A stretch of DNA of 62,932 nucleotides, the filler included, from Intoshia linei (taxonomy: Eukaryota; Animalia; Orthonectida), in NCBI GenBank assembly GCA_001642005.1. It is 6 parts of 6 records of this genome, joined end to end, with 100 filler letters (N's around TTAATTAATTAA, not from the genome) between each part and the next. Parts side by side here need not be neighbours in the genome. Positions count along the whole stretch, not along the records: positions 31,089 to 50,133 come from LWCA01000755.1; positions 50,234 to 61,627 come from LWCA01001176.1; 4 more parts are not named here. The stretch is one strand, 5' to 3'. Shown one piece after another: positions 39,076-52,897 of this stretch. Position 1 is the stretch's first letter. Every line of letters starts with the position of its first letter. The translations under genes were made by a program, and so were the position numbers. The notes under the pieces were generated by a model that was not told the origin of the DNA, did no database searches, and saw nothing but the letters and a program-made list of their open reading frames with translations.

Positions 39076-42000
39076 ATGACAAACTGTTCAAATTATAACA
39101 TTGGTAAATACATAAAAATTATTAGTATATATTCAGGTTTATTATTATTGTTTAATAAGGATTAATTAGACGATTTTATAATTTTGTAAAAGATTATTTA
39201 TTTATTCTCACCCTTTACCATTGTGAAGCCATTTTAAAATTTCGAAGCATTGGTTCATAATAACATTGAAATATATTTGGGGTGTTTATGGAATTTTGGA
39301 ATTATTGGAATTTTTTTGTGAATTTTCTTGGAAAAATAAAATTTCCTTGTACGAACAAAAAATCTAATGTACCTTAAAACGACAATTATTATACAATATC
39401 CTAAACCGATATGTTTTTACGTCCGGACGATCACCCAAAAATTGGTTATATAGACTAAAGATATAATGATATAGGGAAATCGTCACTCTTAATAATTGTA
39501 TATATCGACTTGAGTGTATACCAACAATGTTGGTCCAACATTGTTATTTAAATTTAACTATTTAAATTTAGTGCATCAAAACATTCACATTAATGAAATT
39601 AATTTTGCAAACAAAAAGTTGACGGTACTTTATTATATAATCGTTAATTTTAGTTTTTTTAGATGTACACGGAAATGTACATTCAGCCTATTGTGGACGA
39701 TCTTGACTTTATACGTTTCAATTGTCTCAATTGTGTCATTTTAAATGTAACCTTAAACGAAACCGATGTTAATGTGGTTTATGAAGATGTTTTTCAAGAA
39801 ATTTGCCCAGAGACTAATGATGAAACGTAATTAATAATTATAATTGTTAATATTAATAAAAATTATAATTTTATTTAAAATATACCTAGAATGAATTTCT
39901 GTGCATATGAGACATATTTTAATCAATGTATTGACATGATTAAAGAAAATGGTTGCTGCGAAGGAGGACAATTAAAAATACTAATACCGCATAATTTAAA
40001 TTTTAAGAGTAATTTTTTTGCATTATTAAAAATGTTTATACATTTATGTTAGAAACAAGATTGTATAAAATTGGTATATACTCTTGTGTCGAAAAGCCAA
40101 CACATGGATTACAATTTAATTACATACAAGATGATGAATCGACAATTTGTTCAATGTTTACAGTCGGTTCTTCTACTTTTAGCAAGTAAATTAATTTACA
40201 CATTATTAATTATTAATTATTTACTTTGTAGTCTTTGGTTCCCTTGTGTGTTTGCCCCGTCCGCATTGTGTACCTGGAGGATAGAAATTAAGACACCAAT
40301 CGAACTATCTGCTGTTGCATCCGGTACAATGAAAATATTATTGTCATCAAATGACGAAAAGTTTAAAACATACCAATTCGTTTTATCTATTCCTACATCA
40401 GCATTGAATATTGGCCTAGTTGTAGGAAATTTTGAAACATTTAAACATCCAGAATTAAACGAAACCGTAATTTCTTATTGTGTTCCAGGACTCGTTGAAT
40501 TGGTTAAGCATAGCACTAAACCGCTCAAAAAGGTTTTTAATTTTTTTACAGAGTTGTGCACTGATATAAACACTATTGTGCACTCATATACGGACCATTT
40601 TAACTTTTAATTGTATTGCACTGCATTATATTAATTTGTACTTAAAATAGTGATTGAACATTTATTTAATTGAACTTTTATTACGTTGCTGATAGAATAT
40701 CCTCATTGGTACATCGTAATTGTTGATTATTGCCTTTAATTTCGCAATTATTCCATTAGTTGTTTTTCTTGTTCAGTCCAATCGTGTTTGAGTGTATCTG
40801 AACTCTAGATTATAAATTGAAAAATTGAATGAAAAAACTCTTCTATAGGATTTAATAGGGTGTATAAGGAGGTAAAAAGTGAGGAATTTTGTATGAAGTT
40901 GAAAATAGTGTTTTTGTAGATCTTGATTTTGTTGTTTTGTATGATCTGCAATTACCCATTATGACGTATTTTTATATGAATTTATTACAAAATTATTTCC
41001 CTGATCTGCCAATTTGCTCATCATTTAAAAATACATTTATAATTAAATAATTAATTAACAATAATATAATATAATTTAATTGTAATACAATTAAATAAAT
41101 GTTTAATCACTATTTTAAGTACAAATTAATATAATGCAATGCAATACAATCAAAAATTAAAATTGTTCGTAATGGTGCAAAATAGTATTTATATCAGTGC
41201 ACAACACTATATTTTACAATTTTTTCATTATAGATGATTGATTTTTATGAAGAACTTTTAAGTATAAGATTCCCCTTTGATCAGTATAAACAAGTATTTA
41301 TGCAAAATACCAGAGAAAATTTTGAAACATTTTCTTCCTTGACCATTTTTAGGTAAATTCATTATCGTGCCAGGAATCATCATATCCGATCTAGTCTATG
41401 AATATTGATATCAATTAAAAAGTTTTTTATTATATTTTATTGTTCTATTTTTTTAATCGACCAAGGTAAATAATCAACTATACATTATTCAATTATTTTG
41501 GGTCAGTATGACTAGTGATTGTGATTTCCAGGGAAATGACAAAAGTCGAGAACCGGAAAATTTAATTTTTAATTTCCCGGGAAAAATAAAAAATTTTTAT
41601 TCATATATAATACGGAAGCATTAAAAATTTTAGAGACTTTAATTACTTTAATAATTTTATAAACAAAAAGAAATTTAATTAATGAAATAACACGATATAG
41701 ATTGAAATTTACAAATTTAATTAGAAAAAATTTTTTTTATTTTATGTTGACGTAGGTTGAACGGTCATAAGGGTTTCCTTTAATTTTTACAATCTTGATG
41801 ATAGTGTTCCAGTTCGTAACACCTCATAATATTTGTCAAAATAATATTGGAAAAATAGGACAATTCCCTTAAGCGTTAGTAATTTGTGGTTGGAATAAGA
41901 GGTTTTTAAAAAAAGTATTGGAAAAAGGATATTTTTCCATTAAGACTGGAAAATTAGATTTTTTATTTGTGGTTTGATGAGGAAGATTTTTTTCATAAGA

Positions 42001-45000
42001 TTTCGAAATATTACGATTTTGAAAAGAATATCGGTGTAAGTCAATTTTTCCATGAGGGCTTGAAATGGTATTTTTGATTAAATTTTATTAGTGGTGGGAT
42101 TTTTGAAATGGTAAATTTTAAATATTATATAATCATATTTTCATAGTAATAACAAACATAAATCAAAAACAGGTATGTCTCAATTTTTTTTGGGAAATCC
42201 TGGGAAATTTAACTCCCGGAAATTATTAAATATCCCAGGAATTTTGTCCCAGTTTTTTCACCGGCACAATCACTAAGTATGACCTGGCACGACTCTAGCT
42301 AAATTATACATTTTTATTATTTATTTATCTATTTTTAGTATTAATATATTACATCATTCAAATATTATCGATCAAGTTTATGAAACTAGACAAGTGTTGG
42401 CTCATAGTGTGGCTAGACAATTTTTTACTTCGTATGTGACTATAGAAAATTGGTATTTATAATTTATGTAAATGTTGACACAAAATAACAAAGGTTAAAA
42501 TAAACCCAGGGTTTCCAAACAAAAAATCAAGGAGCATCTATTTTTTTTTATTTTTAACAATGAAATGTATTACAAATACACTCAAAACAAGATTTTTACC
42601 CATTCCAATTTAAAGTTTACCTATTAAATGTTGTATAACTTACAATCTTAATTTTTGAAAAGAGATAAAATACTCTAAATTAATGTCAGCCATGTGATCA
42701 TCCACCCAAAAATGTTTTCATGCTATTATTTGTGTATTAATCGTTGATTTACTGTTCAAAGGCAGTACTAACGTTCCTAAAAAAATTTAATAAGGCCGCA
42801 CCTTTTTAAATAAAATTTAATCAAATACAGTAGTGCTTCTTATGGGCGTGAATACGAAAATTTTAGGTGATTGGGGTGAATGATAAATTTTTAGCATATT
42901 TTATTCAATTTAGTAAAATCTTTTGAGAAAAAACGAAAATTTTACAAACCCTTAGGGAAAAATACCTCGATCTGATCCCAAAAGAAAAAACCTATTTTTA
43001 CAAACACTTAAGGAAAAAAAACCGGTTTTACCAATATTTTTTTAAAAATCTCATTTTACTAAAAAATAATATTATAAATAAAATAATTTGATAATAATGA
43101 TAATAATTCAAATTGTTGATAAGGTCGCACGTTCCCCACCTCTGGTTTAAACTGTGCTCCTATAAACTTTAATATATACACTTTTAATTTTATTTTTAGG
43201 AGATATTCTTGGATAGTGTTGGGGATTTCTAAATATCTGGTTATGCTTTATTATAATAATGTATTTGGAAATAACGCATACCTGTATCAAATTTATGAAG
43301 TTTTTTTATAGTTTTACATTTTCTAATGACTTGTAGTATATGAACAGATTGGAAGCCTATGAACGAAATGAAAGAGAAATAATGTTAGAAACGGATAAAA
43401 TTGACTTGGAAGCAACAATATCATATGTTAATCGATTTAAAATTGCGAAAGATAAAATGACACATGACATTATCAGTGCGACCAATGTAATAAAAATAGA
43501 AAATTTAAAAAGTACAAATTACAACATACGTTCTAACATTTCACAAAAAACGAGCAATTTGGATAAATTGCCATCTAAAATGGATATGTACGAACATTTT
43601 GGCGTCGAAAGCGTAAATTCAAACGACGTTTTCCCTTATAAAGTGGACCATCACTTTTTGAAAATGTATGAAATTAAAGCTTTTTTGGTTTTTAAAATGA
43701 TTGCTAATCGAGTTGGTATATCTCTGTTACTTCAGGTAAAATTGTAAAACATTCGTATTTAGGTAATTATTAATTCAGGTTTTTAACAAAAATCTTTGTT
43801 TGGCCAATGCTGCTGCTAAAGACAACTATCCATCCAAATTATGGATTCATATGCAATTTACGACTTATTATGTAATTTATATTGTTTTTAAAAATTAAAA
43901 TTTTTCTTTAATGTTTGTATAGTTGGTAAAATCAATCTATAATGTCAGTGGAAAAAATGTTAGCAATATTATTAATCGATGGTGGTACGTTCTTTAATTT
44001 AGTATAAATTTAATAATATTTTTAGTACGACATTCGGAATACCTTCTTTCTCTATCAATATTTATTATAATCGAAAAAGAAATTCACTTGAATTGGATAT
44101 TAAACAAAATAATTCAAAAAATTGCACGCCTTATGAGGTGAATTAAAAAATTTTAATGAGCAATGTGAATTTTAATATTTTTTAAATATATAGACCTAGG
44201 ACCCCTTTTATTTCGTCACTTATTCATGTTGAAATTTTTTATGTGTGTTAACAGGATACAATTGTACCACCTGTAAATTTTATGAAATTCTAGGGCTATT
44301 TTCATTAAAAAAAGAAGGGTAATTTGGGGTTTTGGCCATGAAGATATAATTTTTTAAATTTAAATTTATGATAATGTTTATGATTTTAAAATCCGCATCA
44401 GTGTATATAATTTTTTAAATTCTCCAACTCGTTTGATTTTTAAAAAAGAGACAACAAGGGTTTTTGACCCGTAAAATGTGAAATTGAGAGGTTGAAATTT
44501 ATCTTATACGTTTCGGAAAAAACTGTAATTGAAATGTGGCCTTTAAAAAATTTTAAGAGTGGTAGTTATTTCAATAAAGTGGCACACACACAGACATACA
44601 CCAAAAAAAAATTGCGTAGCCTTTTATATAAGTTAAGATTGTATAAATTTAAAACTAGGGACCTGTTTCTGTTGTTATTCAAGAACTAGATGGTTTTTTT
44701 AAACACACAATAAACATTGAAACAAACCAAACGAAATACGAAATTTCTTGTCATGCTAGAAATAGACGGTATTTTGATGATTTAGAAAATCTATAAATTT
44801 TCAGCCAAAAAAGAAAAAAAATTCCAATTCGCACCGGGGAAGAAATAGCAATGGATCTGAGTGCAACCGAGTACGCTTTCTAATTATGAAACTAAATTTT
44901 TTAGTCAACATTCTCCCGTGTTGTGGGTAATGGTAGACACAGAAATGAATATTTTGAGGCGGATGAAAATTAAAATACCGCAATACATGGCCAGATACGT

Positions 45001-47943
45001 TCTTAGATATGAAAAATGCATTATTGCTCAGAAAATGGTAATTCAATCAATTAATATTATTAATCTTCTGCATAGGCTATCGAGCAACTCAGTTTTTACC
45101 AGAATTTGGTGTCTCAAACTTCTTTGACTAACGCAGTTGAAGATGAACAATGTTTCTATAAAATACGAATTGATGCTATCCATGCGCTTTCATTGGTAAT
45201 ATTCTTTCATTTAACTATAATACTAACTAAATAGGTGATAAACGCAAACAATTCATCTTGGTCGGGTTCAAACGTTTTAGTTTCTTTGTATAAACAATAT
45301 TTTTTTTACCACGACGAGCAATATCCTTATGTAAATGATTTCACAAACATACAAAAATACTTTGTCATGAAGGTAATATACTAATATTTGTTCTTAATCA
45401 TCATTGTTCAGGCGTTGCTCACTTCAATTTCACAAATTAGGAACCCTCAAAATAAGTGTCCCGTTGAAATTGTCAAGTTTTTGTTGGTTATTTCGGAAAG
45501 CAATTACAATGTATTCAATAAGGTTGATTAGTTTTATTTGTTGTAATTTTTAATTTAGTATTCCGATTGTTATTTTAGGAAAACATTGATTGAAGCTTTG
45601 TCATATACATTAACTTCATCGGCTATTTTAATTACTGCTGAAACGTAAAATATTTTTTAAGCGTATATTTAAATTCATTCTTAGAGATGCAAATGTAACC
45701 AATTTACTGTCGCCTCAAATTAAAACCATTTGCAAGCATGTGGTTACCAATTTGAATATAGAGCAAATTATTCCTTCCTATAAGCATAGAGTTTCCATAA
45801 GGTATGTTGTAATTTGATTTTCAATTTTATTTGATTCATAGTTGCCTTTATGCATTGAGACAGTTGCAAGTGTGCGGTTATATTCCTGTTAATCCGCAAA
45901 TTTTTTACGAATATTCAAGTGAAGGTTTATTTGTCGATGTTAGAATCGCATCCATGAAAATTTTGATTAGTTTTTCACACGGTAATGTATATTTTATAAT
46001 AAATGCAAGATCTTAAGTTTTAATTTTACTCAAAACACTTTTCGTGACTCTTCAACATTTTTGGTTAATGTAAGATTATGAAATGCGTTAGTATACAATA
46101 ATAATAATGTATTATCTTAACTTATATATAAAAGTCTTTGTTTGTCTGTTATCGTTTATTTCAATAACTAAGGGTCTTAGAGTTATTAAAATAAAACATT
46201 TCCATTACAGTTTTTTCCAGTGGTGAAATTACGATAAATTTTAATCTCAGAAACATCTTACGGTTAAAAACCCTAATTATCCTTTTTCCAAAAAATGAAA
46301 ATAGTCCCAGAATTTTAAAAAAAATTACAGTTCATACAATTATCTCCAGATTATCTACACAAACAAAAATTTTGATCTAACAAAGTGACGTCTTCACGGT
46401 CAAAAAAACTTTTATAATCTTTTTAAGAGGGTTTTAGAGAAAATTTTTTGTACTAAATTTTAAGGAGGTTCCAGTTTTTTAATTTTAATTGTTCCATTTT
46501 ATTTACGAAAGTAAAATGTGTACACTGTACAGTTTTAAAAACACTAATACCTAATTCAGTTTTTCGAGGATTAGATTTCCTAAATTGAGTCTTTAAAAAG
46601 CCTCAATTTACCCATCCTATTTTTAAAAATAAAACGAGACCTAAAATTTAAAAAAATCACATTTAATACATCTTTTTCCAGTTACAATATACAAAATTTT
46701 TTAATGTTAACTTAAGCATTCATTTTCAACTAAAGAGTTTAGTGTTTACACTTTTTTTTGAGGAAATTATTTATTTATTAAAACAAAAAATTTGATATAA
46801 TTAATGGTCCTACTGTCTTTTCTCGATTATAAGAAGTCGTCTTATATTCGAGAGTAGAAGGAAAAATGCTTATAATCAAAAACAAGAAGACTTTTAAGCA
46901 GACCTTGTCTTCACACGTTTGGGAACGATTCCATTAGAAGATTAGTAATAGTAAATAGTGGCATTTTTATTTAAAATTATATTTTATTGGTATAATCAGA
47001 AAAATCCGCCCTCGGCAGAGCTAGATGCTGTTTGTACGAAGTACACAACAGCCAAGCTAGTAATTATTATAATATGCGACAGAATAATGAACATCCAAAA
47101 TTTTTAAAAGGGTTTCATTTATCTTTTCAAATTTAACAATAGGCTTTCTGAAAAAATATGTACCTTTTACATATATATTTAACACTTTTAGATGAAAAGG
47201 ATGTGTCATGTTTATTATATGTATTAAATGTTATTAAAAACGAAGACAATTGTTACTTAAGGTAATATGATTGATAAGTGAAATGAAAAATTAATATTAA
47301 TTTATTTTTAGAACCAAACTCATTAAAATGCTCAATAGAAAACCACCATTTAATCGAAACAATGAAAATTCCCCCATAAACAACAGAAAGGTAATGGAAT
47401 GTTTGTGGGAGATGATGAAGTAATTTGTTAATTTATTTTACAATGATGTCATTTTTTAGCGGACCATTATTATCAAATGATGCTGTTACTAAGCAATCGT
47501 TGTGTCTTTTATGGAAAAAAATGTATGGGGAAGACAAACCTTTTTGTATTGGTGGCAATATTCAATCTGAATACTTTGGCATGAATATTGACAATGAAGT
47601 AATTTTATCATATATCAAATGCCCTAGGTCGTAAATTTGAACCAGAAAATGCTTTGACTATAAAATATTCTAGGCATAATAATTTTGCATTTTTAAAAAT
47701 TTCATTGGTTTGCAACATTTTTATTGAGATATTGAGACTTGGGACAATTTAAACTGACCATGTTATTAGTTTTGGACTGGTCCTTTTACAAGACTAATTA
47801 TAATGTACTAATTTATTTTTATTTAGAATGAGTCATATGATTTTAACATGCTTAACCACTCTGATGATAATTTTGATGCAAAATCCAGTAAAAGCGACTC
47901 TTCATCAGATTCTAATTGTAAGTTATCTAATTTATTTTGTTAA
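39076..47943 (+). CDS. TAF2: TFIID subunit TAF2, many exons; exact 3' end uncertain
   Basis: HQNIHINEINFANKKL|GYTEM, LWFPCVFAPSALCTWRIE, YQFVLSIPTSALNIGLVVGNFE, FYEELLSIRFPFDQYKQVF, NILHHSNIIDQVYETR, YNRKRNSLELDIKQ, IQELDGFF, KIPIRTGEEIAMDL, SPVLWVMVDTEM, IIPSYKHRV, CLYALRQLQ. Confidence 0.93.
40551..41207. mobile_element. Long-TIR (Mutator-like) non-autonomous element in a TAF2 intron
   Basis: About 120-bp imperfect TIRs GAGTTGTGCACTGATATAAA... / ...TTTATATCAGTGCACAACAC; both flanks end TTTTACA (imperfect ~9-11-bp TSD). Confidence 0.75.
41513..42275. mobile_element. hAT MITE nested in an older TIR element
   Basis: TIRs TAGTGATTGTG ... CACAATCACTA; exact TSD AGTATGAC; lies inside the inverted repeats TCGTGCCAGG (~41365) / CCTGGCACGA (~42283). 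Confidence 0.85.
44212..44638 (-). mobile_element. Helitron-family copy (reverse) in a TAF2 intron
   Basis: The reverse complement starts A|TCTTAACTTATATAAAAGG; closely similar to 48460-48890. Confidence 0.7.
46115..47060 (+). mobile_element. Non-autonomous Helitron with both ends
   Basis: A|TCTTAACTTATATATA 5' end; 3' hairpin GCTGTTTGTAC-GAA-GTACACAACAGC then CAAGCTAG|T; inserted at AT with no TSD. Confidence 0.8.
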
Positions 47944-48459
47944 AAATTGATTTCGTCGCGTTTATGTAATATATATTTAATCAAGGACAGCTTAAACCTA
48001 TTATTATATGGTGTACGCTGTCTTTGATTTTAGATAGGCGATTTTAACAAAAATTCATAATTCAAACTGATGAGTAGATAACATTAAAAACTTTTTAAGA
48101 AATTGGTTTTTTAATCTAATTTGCAGTACCATAATGACAAAATAAAATGGTTCCATTAATTTACATTAATTCTACCTTGGTTTGTAAACGTTGTTTCTGC
48201 ATTTAAAATAAATTTTCATTCATTTTATTTGAAATGCAGTGGTGTTTGAGAATCACTGTATTGTGTTAATAAAATTGTGTAACAACTCAGAATATGGTGA
48301 AATTCTAGAATCTAGATCAGGGGTTCCCAAAGTAAGCGATATCGCCCCCTGGAGGGGCGATTATAAAAACATAAATAGAATTTTTTAATATATTTCAGTA
48401 TAATAAAATTGATGCGGTACCAAATTTAAAATATAGTTCCATGTTATATTGAAACATTA

Positions 48460-48890
48460 TAAAATGCGATTTTTGTTTGTCTGTGTCTTATTTTCTTGAA
48501 ATAACTAGCACTCTTAGAATTTTTTAAAGACTACATTTCAATTACAGTTTTTTTCGGGACGTATATTGAGATAAATTCCAACCTCCCAATTTCACATCTT
48601 ACGGGTCAAAAACCCCTGTTGTCCCTCTTTTTGAAAATTAAACGAGTTGGAGAATTTAAAAAAATATATACGCTGATGCGGATTTTAAAATCATAAACAT
48701 TATCATAAATTTAAAACTATTATTTCATCCAATATTTTTTTCATGGCCAAAACACCAAATTCCCTTCCTTTTTTTTGAAAACAGCCCTAGAATTTCAAAA
48801 AATTTACAGGTGGTAAATATTATGTTAACACACATAAAAAATTTCAATCCGAATAAGTGACGACTTCACTGTCAAAAAAGCATTTTAGTA
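48460..48890 (+). mobile_element. Helitron-family copy
   Basis: Shares the family body (CACATCTTACGGGTCAAAAACCCC...AAACGAGTTGGAGAATTTAAAAA). Confidence 0.65.
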
Positions 48891-49198
48891 TTTATATATT
48901 TTTTTTATGAAATATTTTATTAAAACAAAAATTATGAAATAATTAATGGTCCGAAAATTTAAAAAAAAGATTATTCTGATAGAGCTTATTCCAGTTGATA
49001 TAAATACAAAATTTCAACCCCAGAAATCTACGCATTCCCGGTGAAAAATAATTTTTAATATATTATCAACCAATATTTTTTAAATATTTCGATTAAAATC
49101 AAAAATTGAAAGTGTAAATATTGATCCTACAATTTCAATAAAATGTGGATTGAACGTCTACACATTTTCAGTCAAAACATATGGGTGAAAATCTATAT

Positions 49199-49840
49199 CA
49201 GCCATTCTCAACGGGGTCCACATCACTTTTTTGGGGGTCCATGAAAATTATATACATTTATTATATATTATAGACATTTTCAGTAACATAAAGTCGTTTT
49301 AGAAACAAAGGGTCAGAAATACTAATATAAACCGTGAAAAACATGTAAAAGTAAATTCTTAAGTATTAAATTAAATTACTTACAACTGTAAAAACTTATT
49401 GGGTAACCTCCATAATACTATTTGAGGAAAAGCGGTTTTATTTAATTATTTTATTAAAATTTATGACCAAGCTAAGTTTCTAGTAATAAAAAAAGGTTTA
49501 AATTTCAAATTGAAAATGGGACAAAAAATCAGTCAATATTCATGATTCTATGAAACATGAACCAAGATATATAAAATATTAATTCTTCACAGGGACATAG
49601 ACTTTTTATTAATCTGATAAAATATGTAGTAAACAATACCTGAAAAACATGTTCCATTTTGGGAACATTGACGGGTTAAAGGTTAATATTAATAATTCAT
49701 CAAGTTTATCATCTCGCAAAAATAGAGTACTCCATGTCTTTTGACTATCATTAGTTTCATCTAAACGTATGATCCATTGAAAATTATCATTATTATTAAT
49801 TTTTTTGGGGTCCACAGCGAAAAAGGGTTGAGAATGCCTG
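49199..49840. mobile_element. hAT (Buster-type) MITE
   Basis: CAGCCATTCTCAAC ... GTTGAGAATGCCTG; exact TSD ATCTATAT. Confidence 0.85.
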
Positions 49841-50133
49841 ATCTATATAATTCATTCCTTCGTAATTTTTTTCATTGCTACGCAATTTTTAAATTTCAAA
49901 TTTTCATTTTCCAAACATTTTGAACAACATCTACGGCAACGAATTTATAAAAGTTAGTTATAAAGATACTAACTTAATTTAACTTAATTTGAAAATGCTA
50001 AAAAGAAAAGTAACATTCACAAGAAAAAAGGCCAAAAGTATGGACACATTTTTATATTACAATCATTTGCAATAATGGTAAATTAATTATTGATACACAA
50101 TTGGTATTTTTAACTATTTATTAAATTGGTTCT

Positions 50134-50233
50134 NNNNNNNNNNNNNNNNNNNNNNNNNNNNNNNNNNNNNNNNNNNNTTAATTAATTAANNNNNNNNNNN
50201 NNNNNNNNNNNNNNNNNNNNNNNNNNNNNNNNN
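50134..50233. other. Artificial contig-join spacer
   Basis: 44 N + TTAATTAATTAA + 44 N. Confidence 0.97.
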
Positions 50234-50465
50234 AAAATTAATTTTATTATCAATGTTTACTTTGTGTCAACAATAAAATAAATTATAATTGTATTTGAAA
50301 TACAATAGACGCGACGTGATTGTAATTCCGTGTCATAAATTAAATATATTTTATTGCTAATTCTTAGCCAAATATTAAAGCTAAATTTAAGTTGTTCACT
50401 TTACAAATCAATGACATTTGAAATTTGTGAATTTTGAGCTTTAAATTTTGGTGTTTTTCAACATT

Positions 50466-50920
50466 TCAAAAGTGAAATTTTTTGCTTTCAATTTTGAAAA
50501 TCAGCAGTCTCGTAAGGGTTAATAAAGAAATGATCCAAACTAACAACATGGAAAAATATATTGTATAATACTTTCTGATATTGACCATTTGTGGTTTTAC
50601 AACAATCACATAACGGAACAATGACATTAATAGTAGAGTAAAACTAACCACAAACATACACACTAATCTTGTAAAAACAAATAACCTGCAAATTTGTTGA
50701 CCATACATCCATGATTGTAGTGAAAATTGATATAATATGAACTGTACACTTACCCCAATTAATATTAAATTTGCGATGTCAATATTTATGTATAACAAAT
50801 CCGAGAATAATCTTTTTTCTCTTACTATTGTCATTAGCATGCAAATTGCAATGATGCTAAATACTATTCCAATCATTATTTCAAATCCAAACAATGATGG
50901 TGCATTATTTTCGTTAGATG
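50466..50920 (-). pseudogene. Rhodopsin-family (peptide receptor-like) GPCR remnant, TM1-TM4
   Basis: SWMYGQQICRL (ECL1/TM3 Cys), SFTLLLMSLFRYVIVVKP (DRY position), LLVWIISLL (TM4 Trp); in-frame stops on both sides; no TM5-7 found. Confidence 0.65.
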
Positions 50921-51382
50921 ATTATATTCAACAATATAATTCTGATGAAGAATAATTTCAGTGTAATTTACATTTTCACATATTGGTCAAATTTTTGGAA
51001 ATTGGAATCAATGTTGTGAGACTGGTTGTTGATCGTTCTCAGATAAAAATGTCAATTTAACATTCACTTTAATATTAAACTTCCTTTGAGCACATGTATT
51101 TTATCTATAATTTAATAATGTTAGATTCGGACATTAAATCTACAAGATTCCTTCAGGTCTAATAACCTATCTATCATATTACCACTACAATGCAAATGAG
51201 TTTTACTCGTCTAAAAATAGCAATTTTATAAAATCTTGATAATTATAATGCTTTTTAAATTTTCAAATACAGGTTGAATAAAATAAATATCTATTTTCAA
51301 CGATTAATTTAAATATAATTTTTTAATACATAATCAGTAAACTAACCATTTCTATCTTAAACAGTTAAAATTTTATTGAAGC

Positions 51383-52252
51383 ATGTTCAATTACTATAAA
51401 ATTGTAATAATCGGAATACTTTCTGTTATGGTTTTGAAGCTTAGTATACATATACTGGAATTTACATTTGAAAAAAATTATATTTGCTTGAAGGATAATA
51501 TACTCAGTGCCATGAAAAAATACCAACAAGACGACGATTTTACAAGTGATATTACTAGTTTTTTGGATAACGAAATAAAAAATTGTTTTTTAAAAAAGTA
51601 CAGATATCCAGGTGTAATTTTACTAATGTCAAATAAAAACGGATCTTTAGCTAATGAATGTGTATCTGATGAAATCATATTTATTCTAAGGAAGCACATT
51701 GATAGCTTTAATGGAAATAAAAGTATATATTTGAAAATAGACGCTCGACAATTTCTTGGGTACGATGCAGAACTCGCTAAAGGTTTTTTTTTGGATATTG
51801 TCCAAAAATTTTTAATGAAAGATATTGAATTATCAAGATTCGCTGCATTTTTGAACTATTTTTACATTCATTATCATTTTGCTCAAAAATTTAACAAAAT
51901 AGTTTATGTTACTAACTTTCAATTCTTTCCTGTCGAAATTGCTTTACAATTTCATACATTATGTGAAAAATTTCACTTAAATCACGACTTTTTGATAATT
52001 GACAACGTATTATTCGTTATTAGTTCAAATATTGATGATGATTCACTCAAAGACAGCACTTTCAAACCGAAAGATGCTTCACGTTCTCTGTCTAAATATT
52101 TAAGCAAGTCTTACAAGCGATATAAGCACAATTCTTTAGAGGAACCGGACCCACGAATAACGGCGATGCTTGGTAGGATAAACGTGAACTTGATTCAAGT
52201 TAAACAACAACCCCTTGAAAACAGCTTAATATGTATTAATAAAAACTTGTGA
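51383..52252 (+). CDS. Torsin-1A-interacting protein (LAP1/LULL1-like), intronless
   Basis: N-terminal TM helix; PGVILLM...ECVSDEI, IDA, VTNFQFFPVEIALQFHTLCE (cf. [20 protein letters not shown]), ITAMLGRINVNLIQVKQ (cf. LNGLWSRISHLVLPVQ; Arg finger), C-terminal Cys. Confidence 0.72.
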   Translation: MFNYYKIVIIGILSVMVLKLSIHILEFTFEKNYICLKDNILSAMKKYQQDDDFTSDITSFLDNEIKNCFLKKYRYPGVILLMSNKNGSLANECVSDEIIFILRKHIDSFNGNKSIYLKIDARQFLGYDAELAKGFFLDIVQKFLMKDIELSRFAAFLNYFYIHYHFAQKFNKIVYVTNFQFFPVEIALQFHTLCEKFHLNHDFLIIDNVLFVISSNIDDDSLKDSTFKPKDASRSLSKYLSKSYKRYKHNSLEEPDPRITAMLGRINVNLIQVKQQPLENSLICINKNL

Positions 52253-52897
52253 TTATATTAAATTTTATTAATATGATTGATCCAAATGAAACCTTAATTA
52301 GTATTAACAGCGTGATTATAGGGTAATTGATTTTTTTATTAATATGATGTATGTGTATTTTATCGATTTTTTCCATAAAAAACATTAAAAATCTCATTTT
52401 CATAACAGAAATTCCCAGATGATTTTCGCATAAATCCTACGCATAACTTGATATTAAAGATTGACCTCTAATTACAAACATTATTGATTTATGTTAATTG
52501 CATATTAATCTTCAAATATTAATACTTAAATATTCACTCAAATTCAATGTTAATTTGATTTGGATGGATGTATTGCAATTAGATTGCTACATTCTCTTGG
52601 AGTTGTCCTATTATTTTGTCAGAGGTTATTAATTCATAGGATTATAAATATACTCTGAATAATTTCGAATTAATATTTAGTAATTAATCTATTTGATACC
52701 GATGCCGCTTATGACGATTAAACTCCATTTTTAATTCAGACAAAATCATTCCTGAACGGTTGGATAATCAGTATATTGTTCATTCGCTGAATTTAGAACA
52801 AAAGACGTCACAAGCATTAAAATTGCCGATTTGCGACTGCCGCAATTGACTTAATTCAAGTTTTTTAATATATTGTATAATTGCTTAATTGCACAAG

